From: Spirochaetia bacterium
GTDB lineage: Bacteria; Spirochaetota; Spirochaetia; WRBN01
Length of the DNA: 64,000 nt
Direction of reading: 5' to 3'
Assembly: GCA_965249825.1 (NCBI GenBank)
Contig: CBDFMW010000002.1
Location: 98,644 to 162,643, forward strand
How positions within the stretch are numbered: position 1 is the first letter of the stretch; the number at the start of each line of letters is the position of its first letter. Shown here piece by piece: positions 38,800 through 48,700 of the stretch. A model generated the notes under the pieces. The model saw nothing but the letters and a program-made list of their open reading frames with translations, was not told where the DNA came from and searched no databases. The position numbers and the translations under genes were made by a program.

Positions 38800-41676
38800 A
38801 TGAGAGAGGATAGTATGGATAAAAATGTAGGGCTATCGACTGAAGAGATTTTGAATAGCAGGCAAACGAATGGATCTAATCTTTTAACGCCAGCCAAAAA
38901 CCCATCATGGCTGTGGCTTTTTTATCAAAAATTTGATGATCCCATTATTCGTATTTTACTCATTGCTGCCTTCATATCTATAGGCGTTGGCTTTTTCGAT
39001 GGTCACTTTATGGAAGGCATAACAATCATTATTGCGATTTTGATGGCAACTGGGGTGGCTTTTGTCAATGATTTGGGGGCTCAACGTCAGTTTGATGCCC
39101 TCACACTAATCGCAAGTGATGTTCTGTATCGGGTTTTACGCAATGGGGTTCATACCGAGATTTCAAAAAGTGAAATTGTTGTAGGTGATATTCTTTTTTT
39201 AGAGCGCGGAGCTGAGATTCCTGCTGATGGTGTTATTTTAGAGGTGCAAGCAGCTCTTGTGAATGAGGTCGCCCTTACTGGTGAATCTCAAGCCGTAGTT
39301 AAATCAATAGAAGAGCTACTAACTAAAAAAACAGCTTTGTCCTCAAATAAGGTCTTTCGAGGGACACACATTGAAGAGGGATCGCTTTCTATGCGCGTAG
39401 AAAAAGTAGGGGATCAAACATACATTGGGCAGTTAGCTACGCTCACGATGCAGGACAGCGAAGTAGAAACCCCACTCAATAGGCAACTAACGGGGCTGGC
39501 CAAGGCGATGAGCGTTATTGGTTTTTCGAGTGCAGGTCTTATTTTTGGCTTGCTAATTGCTCGTGATATTAGAGAAGGCTTTATTATTTTCCCTTCTCAC
39601 GCCCAATGGTCGGCATGGCTGGTGTTTTTTTTAGGCTTGGTCGTGTTTGCCCCAGTATGGTTAGCTATTTTAGCCGATCTTCTTGAACTCATTTCTCCTT
39701 TATCTACTTCAAAATACCAATTTTTTCGGATAACAAGTTTTAAAAGAGGGTTTTTTCTTGTTATCCTTATGGTCACTCTCGTCGTATTTTCGATTTTCTA
39801 TGTTGCCTTTATAGATAGTTTAACCCTAATTGAAGCGGTACAATACTTAAAAAGGGGCGTTGTGGATGCTTTTAAGGGGAGTAATGGCCTTCAGCTTTTA
39901 GAGCATTTTATGGTGGCGATGACTATTTTGGTGATGGCTGTACCGGAGGGTTTACCCCTCAGTGTAACTTTGGCACTCTCCTACAGTGTTAAATCTATGC
40001 TGCGTGGAGGTACTTTAATTCGCCACATGCATGCTGCGGAAACATTAGGGGCCGTTACAACTATATGTACTGATAAAACAGGCACACTTACGCAGAGCAT
40101 AATGAGCATGAATCACGCCAGTCTTACTGCTAGCGATGAAATGGGCTGGGTGTGCTTGGCTGTTAATAGTACGGCAGATTTGAGTCATGATATGGGAATT
40201 ATCGGTAATCCAACTGAAGGAGCTATCCTTGTGTATATTAATAAACACTTGGGCTTAGATTATGATGAGCTGCGTCGCCGTGCCACTAACATTAAGCAAG
40301 AACCCTTTAACTCTGATCGTAAATATATGGCATCATCTTTTAGGGTTGATGGGCTTGACATTGTTACCATTAAAGGTGCCCCTGAAGTGGTATTAGCTCG
40401 TACTACTGTCACCGATGAAGTGAAAGAGTGTTTACTTGCCGAAATAAAGCAGTTTCAGGCTAAAGGTATGCGTGTGCTAGGTATCGCTTATAGAGATACA
40501 ACTAATGAGGCTGGAACTGTGTTGCGTAACATGAGCAATTTACTATGGAAAGGATTTATTGTATTGAGTGATCCCTTAAGAAGTGAGGTTCCTAGCACAA
40601 TAAAAGTCTGTCACAAAGCAGGAATTGATATTAAAATGGTTACAGGAGATAATCTAGATATTGCAGTCGAGATAGCAAGACAGGCCCATATTTTACCGCA
40701 TGACTTCACTTTTGATATTGATACGCGCGCAAGAGTGAAGGAAGGATCGGTATTGACAGGAGTAGAGTTTGCCGGATTATCTGACGCTGAAATCTTGATT
40801 TTATTAGAAGAAGGTAAGCCACATGTTGTCGCACGATCGACACCACAAGATAAAATGCGTTTGGTTACGCTTCTTCAAACTTCCGGTGAAGTAGTGGCGG
40901 TTACGGGTGATGGTACAAATGACGGCCCTGCGCTTAATCATGCTGATGTTGGTGTGGCGATGGGACTCACAGGCACGGCTATTGCAAAAGAAGCAGCTGA
41001 CATTATCATAACTGATGACAGTTTTGTAAGTTTGCAACATGGCATTTTGGGTGGACGTAGTTTATATTCAAATTTACAACGTTTCATTTTATTTTTACTT
41101 ACCATAGGAATAGTTGCACTGCTTTTGGTGGTTATAACCAGCTTTTTGGGGTGGTTTTTACCCTTAACGGTGATTCAAATTTTATGGATTAACATAATGA
41201 TGGACAGTTTTGCCGCACTGGCCCTATCTACTGAGGCAGTTGATCCTCATGTGATGGATAACCCCCCAAGAAACAGTAGTACGTTCATTATTACACCACA
41301 GATGGCGATTGAAATGGGTCTAATGAGTGCAGTTATACTGGCTCTTGCCTTGTTTTTTATGCAGAAATATGGCAGTCAACCATCGCTTCTTCAATTGACC
41401 TTATTTTTTAATATTTTTTCTTTTAGCCAGATTTGGAATTTAATTAACGTACGTTATTTTAATCGAAACATAGGGGATATGAAAGAATTTCTAAAAAACC
41501 CTATGTTTACAATCATTTTAATTATAATAATTACTGGGCAATGGATGATAACCCAGTGGGGCGGGTTGACCTTACGAACCACCCCGCTAAACCTTGAGCA
41601 GTGGTTTTTTGTGATTGGCATCACATCCCCAATTTTTATCATTCGAACTCTAATTCGAGTGGTTTTTAAGCGTTAA
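38800..41676 (+). CDS. P-type (P2, Ca2+/cation-transporting) ATPase
   Basis: DKTGTLT phosphorylation motif, TGES, VAVTGDGTNDGPAL, 8-10 TM segments; true start possibly Met at 38815. Confidence 0.9.
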   Translation: MREDSMDKNVGLSTEEILNSRQTNGSNLLTPAKNPSWLWLFYQKFDDPIIRILLIAAFISIGVGFFDGHFMEGITIIIAILMATGVAFVNDLGAQRQFDALTLIASDVLYRVLRNGVHTEISKSEIVVGDILFLERGAEIPADGVILEVQAALVNEVALTGESQAVVKSIEELLTKKTALSSNKVFRGTHIEEGSLSMRVEKVGDQTYIGQLATLTMQDSEVETPLNRQLTGLAKAMSVIGFSSAGLIFGLLIARDIREGFIIFPSHAQWSAWLVFFLGLVVFAPVWLAILADLLELISPLSTSKYQFFRITSFKRGFFLVILMVTLVVFSIFYVAFIDSLTLIEAVQYLKRGVVDAFKGSNGLQLLEHFMVAMTILVMAVPEGLPLSVTLALSYSVKSMLRGGTLIRHMHAAETLGAVTTICTDKTGTLTQSIMSMNHASLTASDEMGWVCLAVNSTADLSHDMGIIGNPTEGAILVYINKHLGLDYDELRRRATNIKQEPFNSDRKYMASSFRVDGLDIVTIKGAPEVVLARTTVTDEVKECLLAEIKQFQAKGMRVLGIAYRDTTNEAGTVLRNMSNLLWKGFIVLSDPLRSEVPSTIKVCHKAGIDIKMVTGDNLDIAVEIARQAHILPHDFTFDIDTRARVKEGSVLTGVEFAGLSDAEILILLEEGKPHVVARSTPQDKMRLVTLLQTSGEVVAVTGDGTNDGPALNHADVGVAMGLTGTAIAKEAADIIITDDSFVSLQHGILGGRSLYSNLQRFILFLLTIGIVALLLVVITSFLGWFLPLTVIQILWINIMMDSFAALALSTEAVDPHVMDNPPRNSSTFIITPQMAIEMGLMSAVILALALFFMQKYGSQPSLLQLTLFFNIFSFSQIWNLINVRYFNRNIGDMKEFLKNPMFTIILIIIITGQWMITQWGGLTLRTTPLNLEQWFFVIGITSPIFIIRTLIRVVFKR

Positions 41677-42470
41677 GAGAGTTCGTATGACACCCTTTGA
41701 ATGCTAAGAGCTTTTCCCGTTAGTGGATCACTCGTAATAAGCACACCCCATATTGTGGGTGTGCCGTTGGCCGGTTCACCACGAACGGGTACTTGAGTCA
41801 GCACTCGTTTTATAGAGATAGCCTTGTCGCCACCAATCACGCCATCCATAGCTCCTGTCATTCCTAAATCGCCCACAAAGGCTAAGCCTCCAGCGATGAT
41901 ACGCTCATCCATAGTAGGAACATGCGTGTGTGTTCCCACCAGTGCGGTGGCTTTGCCAGCTATATGGTATGCGACCGCCTCTTTTTCCATAATATCCTCT
42001 CCATGAAAGTCAATAAAAATGAGATGATATTGGTCGTTGTGTAGTTTATTTAAAGCTGAAGAGAGACTTTTGAACGGACAATCAATCGCGTGTCCCATAC
42101 GAACCCGACCCTGTGCATTAATAACCGCTACTTTGTGATTATTAATAATTAGCGTGGTGATACCCTTGCCAGGGGCGGCACCTGGGTAGTTTAATGGTCG
42201 TAAAAGGTAAGGCGATGAATCAAGGTATGGTAAAATTTCAGGGCGTTGCCAAATATGATTACCTGAAGTAAGAACATGGATGCCCAACCCTAAAAACTCA
42301 TCAGCCAGAGCTGGTGTAATACCAAAACCTTCGTCAGCATTTTCCCCATTGGCAATAATCAAGTCAGGCTGATAATGACTGATAAGATCTGCTAATCCAT
42401 AAAACATGGCTCGCCTGCCAGCTTTACCAATAATATCCCCTAGCATCAGTGTTGAAAAAGGTTGCATCAT
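41673..42470 (-). CDS. ymdB: YmdB-like metallophosphoesterase (2',3'-cyclic-nucleotide phosphodiesterase, TIGR00282)
   Basis: LMLGDIIGKAGR, ANGENA, HGED metallophosphoesterase motifs; immediately downstream of rny. Confidence 0.8.
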   Translation of the reverse strand: MMQPFSTLMLGDIIGKAGRRAMFYGLADLISHYQPDLIIANGENADEGFGITPALADEFLGLGIHVLTSGNHIWQRPEILPYLDSSPYLLRPLNYPGAAPGKGITTLIINNHKVAVINAQGRVRMGHAIDCPFKSLSSALNKLHNDQYHLIFIDFHGEDIMEKEAVAYHIAGKATALVGTHTHVPTMDERIIAGGLAFVGDLGMTGAMDGVIGGDKAISIKRVLTQVPVRGEPANGTPTIWGVLITSDPLTGKALSIQRVSYELS

Positions 42471-42566
42471 AATCTCCTTTTGTATAGAGTAAAAAAATCC
42501 GCTAGCTCATTATGGAGATAGCGGATTTATAAAGTTTCAAAATAAGTTATAGCTTATTTTCCTGTT

Positions 42567-44096
42567 CTATCGCGCATACTCAACAACACGGGTTTCTCTC
42601 ACGAGGGTAACCCTAATGCGTCCTGGGTATTTCAGCTCATTCTCAATTTGTGAGGCAATTTCTTTCCCTAAAATTTGCATATTGATATCATCTACTTCAT
42701 CATGATTAACAAGAATACGCAACTCTCTACCGGCCTGCACCGCAAAGGCACGTTCAACGCCTGGTTTGCTACTGGCAATCTTTTCCAATCCCTCAAGGCG
42801 CTTAATGTAGGAGTCCAACGTCTCGCGACGGGCACCTGGACGAGATGCCGAAATGGCATCGGCGATCTGAATGATGACAGCTTCAGGAGTGGCAGGTTCA
42901 ACGTCGTTATGATGTGCCAAAATGGCATGAACAACACTTTCTTTCTCTCCTAATTTTTTCATCAGCTCAGCACCCACTTCTGCATGATTCCCATCACCAT
43001 CTGAGTCAATTCCTTTACCTACATCGTGAAATAGCGCAGCGCGCTTACATATTTCACGATTAGCTCCAATTTCAGCAGCAATCATACCGGCAATCTTGGC
43101 TACTTCTTTGCTGTGGCTTAACACATTTTGCCCATAGCTAGAACGGAAATGCAAACGCCCCAAGGCACGGATGCTTTCATGGCTCAGATTGGTAATACCC
43201 ACTTCGAAGGCAGCTTTATCACCCTCTTCATAAATTTGCTGGCTAAATTCTTTTGTAACCTTTTGCACCACTTCTTCAATGCGAGTAGGGTGAATTCGCC
43301 CATCGGCGACCAGCCGCTCAATGGTTTCTTTGGCAATCGCTTTACGAACAGGGTCGTAGGAACTAATGATGAGGACTTCAGGAGTGTCATCAATGATAAT
43401 ATCCACACCAGTCAGGGTTTCGAGCGTGCGAATGTTACGCCCCTCCCTGCCAATAATACGCCCTTTCATTTCATCATTGGGTAATGTAACAGCAGTTACA
43501 GTGATGTCAGAAGAGACCTCGGCTGTAAGCCTCTGAATAGAACTAACAAGAATATCCCTTGCCCGTTTTTCTGATGTTTCTTTGGTTTCTTGTTCGATTT
43601 TGGAAACGATTGCACGAGCTTCGCGACGTGCCTCCGTCTCTAGACTAAGGATGAGAGTTTGTTTAGCCTCATCACTCGATAATTGAGCCACATGCTCTAG
43701 CTCATTACGACGTTCTTGTAAGAGTAACTCCGCCTGCTTTTCCTTATCTTCTAGTTCTTTATCTCGTACTATGAAAGACTGAAGTTTTTTATCCACCTGT
43801 TGATTTTTTTTATCAAGGTTCTCTTCTTTCGAGAGAAGATGCCCCTCCAGGCGTTGAAGTTCACTGCGACGATCGCGATCACTTCTTTCTTGTGCTTTTC
43901 TTTCACGTGCTATTTGCTCTTTGGCTTCAATTAACAGCTCTTTACGTTGTGTTTCTGCTTCACGCAGTAACGACTCGGTGTTATTTTTAGCTGTGTGTTC
44001 AAAGCTTGAAAGTTGATAGCGAGCATACATCCATCGAAAAATCCAACCCATCAGAAAAGTGGTAAGGGCTATAACAATTTGTAAAATGATAGCCAT
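42567..44096 (-). CDS. rny: ribonuclease Y
   Basis: N-terminal TM, coiled coil, KH domain GREGRNIRTLETLTGVDIIID, HD domain HAILAHH. Confidence 0.9.
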   Translation of the reverse strand: MAIILQIVIALTTFLMGWIFRWMYARYQLSSFEHTAKNNTESLLREAETQRKELLIEAKEQIARERKAQERSDRDRRSELQRLEGHLLSKEENLDKKNQQVDKKLQSFIVRDKELEDKEKQAELLLQERRNELEHVAQLSSDEAKQTLILSLETEARREARAIVSKIEQETKETSEKRARDILVSSIQRLTAEVSSDITVTAVTLPNDEMKGRIIGREGRNIRTLETLTGVDIIIDDTPEVLIISSYDPVRKAIAKETIERLVADGRIHPTRIEEVVQKVTKEFSQQIYEEGDKAAFEVGITNLSHESIRALGRLHFRSSYGQNVLSHSKEVAKIAGMIAAEIGANREICKRAALFHDVGKGIDSDGDGNHAEVGAELMKKLGEKESVVHAILAHHNDVEPATPEAVIIQIADAISASRPGARRETLDSYIKRLEGLEKIASSKPGVERAFAVQAGRELRILVNHDEVDDINMQILGKEIASQIENELKYPGRIRVTLVRETRVVEYAR

Positions 44097-44227
44097 ACTA
44101 ACCCCTTTATTCCTAAAATTTTGATTAAAATAATAGATTTCATCATATAATATACTTTTTTGCTTGTCAAGGAGCTATGGTCTTATTTTCCTGATAATAA
44201 ATTTTCAAATGCGGTTTCTTAAAATAG

Positions 44228-44255
44228 TTGACTTGACTTAAGAATGTGTTACAAT
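44228..44255 (+). promoter_or_regulatory. candidate sigma70 promoter (extended -10) for lacAB-ptsH
   Basis: TTGACT, 16-bp spacer, TGT-TACAAT at 44250-44255. Confidence 0.45.
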
Positions 44256-44295
44256 AGATGGTAGGATAATGGATTTACACACTGGAGAGTAGCAG

Positions 44296-44739
44296 ATGAC
44301 AATTATGATCACCTCTTTGCAACAATACACGGATGTTGCGCAGCAGTTAGCCTCCTTGCTTGAGGCTAAAAAGATTAAAGCCCATTGGGTGCGCCTGCAA
44401 CAAACGACCACGAATAGTGTGGAGTTAGGGATGGCAAGTGCTCGGCTATTGGCAGATTCTGGCAATATGGTTATCTTGTTAGATGATTATGGCATTGGGA
44501 GTTTTAATGCACTAAATAAAACCGTGGATGCTGTATGCGCTAACTGTTATGATGAACATTCAGCTCGGATGACCCGCAAGCACAACAATGCACGGGCACT
44601 CACTTTGGCTATGGAAATTTTAGCACCCACTTTGGTGTCGTCGATAGCCTTTGGTTTTGCTTCTACTAAGTATGAATTAGGACGGGATGAAGTGCGTGCG
44701 AGCATGCTGCGAGAGCTTTTACAGGGGGAAGAGAAGTGA
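44296..44739 (+). CDS. lacA: galactose-6-phosphate isomerase subunit LacA-like (RpiB/LacAB family)
   Basis: GIGSFNALNKTVDAV, YDEHSARMTRKHNNAR, C-terminal RDEVRASMLREL resembling LacA. Confidence 0.65.
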   Translation: MTIMITSLQQYTDVAQQLASLLEAKKIKAHWVRLQQTTTNSVELGMASARLLADSGNMVILLDDYGIGSFNALNKTVDAVCANCYDEHSARMTRKHNNARALTLAMEILAPTLVSSIAFGFASTKYELGRDEVRASMLRELLQGEEK

Positions 44740-45245
44740 AAAAAATAGCCATTGGTTGCGATCATGTGGGGACTGAAAGTAAAAATAGAATGATCATTTC
44801 GCTGCGAAAGCAGGGCTATGAGGTCATCGATTGTGGCACAGCGAGTTTAGTGAATACCCACTACCCTGTGTATGGATTACGTGTGGCAAGTGCGGTGGTT
44901 AATAATCATGCTGATCTGGGCATTGTTATTGGTGGAACGGGCGTGGGCATTTCTGTGGCAGCCACCAAGGTCAAAGGGGTTCGTGCAACACTAGCAGGTG
45001 ATCCGCTTACAGCCGAGGTAGCACGCAGGCAGTATGATGCTAATGTGCTAGGGCTGGGCGGGCATATCGTGGGTTTTGGCTTAATGGAGGCGATTATTCA
45101 AACCTTTATTAACACCTCTTTTGACAGCAAGTATAAAAACAATGTGACGGAACTCAATAACCTTTTACCAGGTGGCATAAGCAAAGAGCAGCAGTTTAAA
45201 GCCTATGTGGCCCGCTGGGAGGAAGGACATTTTGGAGGTGTCTAA
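44736..45245 (+). CDS. lacB: galactose-6-phosphate isomerase subunit LacB-like / ribose-5-phosphate isomerase B family
   Basis: MKKIAIGCDHVG, GTGVGISVAATKVKGVRA, ARRQYDANVLGLGG; 4-bp overlap with lacA. Confidence 0.7.
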   Translation: MKKIAIGCDHVGTESKNRMIISLRKQGYEVIDCGTASLVNTHYPVYGLRVASAVVNNHADLGIVIGGTGVGISVAATKVKGVRATLAGDPLTAEVARRQYDANVLGLGGHIVGFGLMEAIIQTFINTSFDSKYKNNVTELNNLLPGGISKEQQFKAYVARWEEGHFGGV

Positions 45246-45355
45246 TGGTAGAGGTACGACCTTGATAACCATCGACTAACGATGATACAGTGGTGTGTTA
45301 AAGGGTGCCTGAGCAACCTAAATAGAGCAGTATGGAATTAGGAGAGAAGAGGATT

Positions 45356-45622
45356 ATGGTGAGTCAAAAAGTGGTGATTACCGACCCAGTAGGGTTGCAC
45401 GCTCGTCCTGTGGGCGTTTTAGTTGAAGTAGCAATCCGATTTAACGCTGAGGTTAGTTTTAGGTGCAATAACAAAGAGGCTAGTCTTAACTCAGTGCTAA
45501 GGGTTATGGCTCTATCTGTGGGTGAGGGTGACAGCGTAGAAGTTTTGGCGCATGGTGATGATGAGCAAGACGCTATTGATGCTGTGATTGCGACGATGGT
45601 TGAGAGAGGTTTAATAGACTAG
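45356..45622 (+). CDS. ptsH: phosphocarrier protein HPr
   Basis: VGLHARPVGVLV (active-site His), regulatory Ser region SLNSVLRVMALSV; start at Met 45356 with AGGAGAGAAGAGG RBS. Confidence 0.8.
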   Translation: MVSQKVVITDPVGLHARPVGVLVEVAIRFNAEVSFRCNNKEASLNSVLRVMALSVGEGDSVEVLAHGDDEQDAIDAVIATMVERGLID

Positions 45623-45726
45623 GATTCCGCTTATATAGACTCTTGATAAATCTTTTGCTATAGAGTATATTTAAATTATTTTCGCAAGATATTGTATCAT
45701 TAAAGATTGAGATTTAAGCGGGGTGT

Positions 45727-48700
45727 ATGATGAGAAACCTATTAACCCAAGGGATGGCAATTGGTATTGTCAATAGAGGGGAGGCCGCCTTTCGTTTCGT
45801 GCGTGCCCTGAAAGAATATAATTTGTTACACGAGACACAGTTTAAGAGTGTGGCATTCTACATAGATTCTGAGCGTGAAGCTGTTTTTGTGCAAGAGGCT
45901 GATGAAGCCTATGCGTTGAGTAGCTTTTCCGCTTTTTCTACGGTTAAGGGGTCTCCTTATTTATCTTATTCATTGTTGTTACAGGCCTTGCAACAAACAG
46001 GCTGTGGAGGATGCTGGGCTGGGTGGGGTTTTGTAAGTGAAGATGCTGACTTTGTGCAGGTGCTTGAGGAAAACAATATTGTGTTTTTAGGTCCTACTGC
46101 TCATACCATCAACTTAGTTGGTGATAAAATCAGTAGTAAGCAGCTGGCACATGATAGTAAAACCCCTATCTGCCCATGGTCCCAAGGGCCTGTGGGTTCG
46201 CTTGAGCTGGCGTATCAAGTGGCTGATCGCATTGGGTATCCCGTGATTGTCAAAGCCAGCAATGCTGGTGGTGGGCGTGGTATACGTTTTGTGTTTGATC
46301 AACCCATGATGGCTGAGGCTTACGCCTCCGCAGTGGAGGAAACCAAGAGGGTAACCGGCAATGATCTTGTGTTTATTGAGCGCTTAGTGGCTCAGGGTCA
46401 TCACTTTGAGGTGCAGGCTTTAGCAGATTATCACGGGGTGATTAAAACCTTTGGTGTGCGCGACTGTAGTGTGCAACGTAAAAATCAAAAAATCATCGAA
46501 GAAACTCCTCCATCACAGCTAGAGGCGGAGCAATTGGTTGAAATGCAGGCTGCCGCCACACGCTTGTTACATGAGGCAAACTATCAAGGGGCGGGGACTG
46601 TAGAGTTTATTTATGATATGGATCATAAAGAGTTTTACTTTATGGAAGTGAATGCACGTTTACAGGTAGAACACCCGATTACTGAAGAGCTTTTTGGTAT
46701 TGACTTAGTGGGTGGACAGATTGATGTAGCCCGCGGTTTGAGCATTGCTCACTACAATGAGCAGCCCTTGGGGCATGTTATGGAACTCCGCCTGAATGCT
46801 GAAGACCCGATGCGCGACTTTAAACCAGCTGGTGGCAAGGTAACACGCTTTCGCCCAGCAGGGGGTATTGGTGTGCGTATTGATTCAGGTATTCAAGCGG
46901 GCTCTACCATTCCGCCTGACTTTGATAGCATGGTAGCTAAGATTATTGTGCGAGCGGCGAGTCGTCCGCAGGCTTTGCAACGATTAAAACGAGCCATTCA
47001 AGAAACGGTTATTGAAATTGAAGGTGGTACCACTAACCGTCTGTTTGCTTTACATCTCCTTGAGTTGCCTGAAATGATTAAGGGTGGCGTGTCGACTCGT
47101 TTTGTGGAAGAGTATTTAAGCACCATGGAGGCAACAGCGTGCTATGCTGAGCCTGCCTTGGCAGCAGCGGCCGCTGAAATTTATTTAGAAAAAATGGCAC
47201 AAGAACGTGCGGTGTTTACGCAAGAGGTGCTGGTATTGGGTGTGCCACGTTCGTTGCAAAAAAATGATGTGCAAGAGTTGAGTTTTGTGCATCAACAGGC
47301 ACTTTATCAGGTGCAGTTGCGCTACTTGGGCAATAATGAGTTCTGTCTTACACACCAAGGGTTGAGCCATTTTTTTAGTTATACACACAGTCAAGGCCAA
47401 CAGGCGGTGCTAGAGTTAAACAGCACGCTCTATGAGATAGCTTGTAGTCAAGTGGGTGGTATGCTACGTATAGAGGTGAACCAGAGTGAAGTACACTTCA
47501 TTGATAGCGACTTTGGTGGTGGACTGAAAGCTAGTGCACCGGGATTGGTGTTAAAAGTGAATGTGGCTGAAGGGCAAACTGTTAAAAAAGGTGAATTGCT
47601 TTTAGTTATGGAAGCTATGAAGATGGAAAGTCCGGTGTATGCACAAGTTGAGGGCGTTATTAACGAAATTGTGGTGCGTGCCGGACAACAGGTGATGAGT
47701 GGGCAAACGCTCATCAAGATTGAGAGCAAAGAGCAGGCGGCCTCTACCCCAATGGCTAAGCCAACCCTCTTTCTTATCCCTTCCTCTATGTGCATCCCAT
47801 TAATATTGGAGTATCAAGCACTGTTCTTAGGATACGATGCCCACCCTAGTTTGGTAGAATTGGTGAAGATGAAGGCGGAAGATTTAGAGACTGTGTTGAG
47901 CTACTTTGCACCCATACACCAATTGTTTTCTACTGAGCCTTTGGTAAGTGTTGTTGGCAGTGCCTCGTTGAGCTGGGCGGATCATCTCACCAGCTATGCG
48001 CACAGTTTTGATCGAGCTAAAGTGGCACTACCGACTCTATTTGAACAGAAGCTTAATGAAGTGGTTGTATTATACGGGGTTGAGTTAAGTGATGAGTCTG
48101 CTCAAAATGAATTTCTTTATCGGCTCTATCGCGCATTTCTAGCTACCAAGCAGCAAACACAAGTGGTGTATGCCTTAATGGTAGGGGTGAAAAATGTTGA
48201 TCGCCAAGACAATCAGCGGTTGCGACGTTTGGTGGGACAACTGGCGGTGCTAGTGCCTGAGCTAACCACTTTGGCGCGTGATTTTAACTACACGTTTTTT
48301 ATTAAGAAACAACTTGCGAGTGCTTATAATAATAAGCTGATGAATTTCAAGCGTTTACTACAGATTACCGAGACTTATCCACAGCACCGGCCGCAGTTAC
48401 TTGAACGTGCCTTGGGCTATGGGGTAAGTAGTGAATATGACTTGGCTAGCCGATTGTTTCACAAAGAATCATGCGACTTGGCACAAGATGTGCTGGTTTC
48501 GCGACTTTATCGTCATTGCCAGCTTGAGCTCGGGGCAAAAACAGACACCACGCTTGAATTCACTTACACCAGTCATGAGGGTCGTCGTTTGACGGGTTGT
48601 TTGAGTCATATTGCAACGCAGTTGAATTCAGTGCAAAAGTATGATGCTTTACTTTTGGTGAGCGAGCGAGAGATAGGGGTGGAACAGCTGGCATTGACCT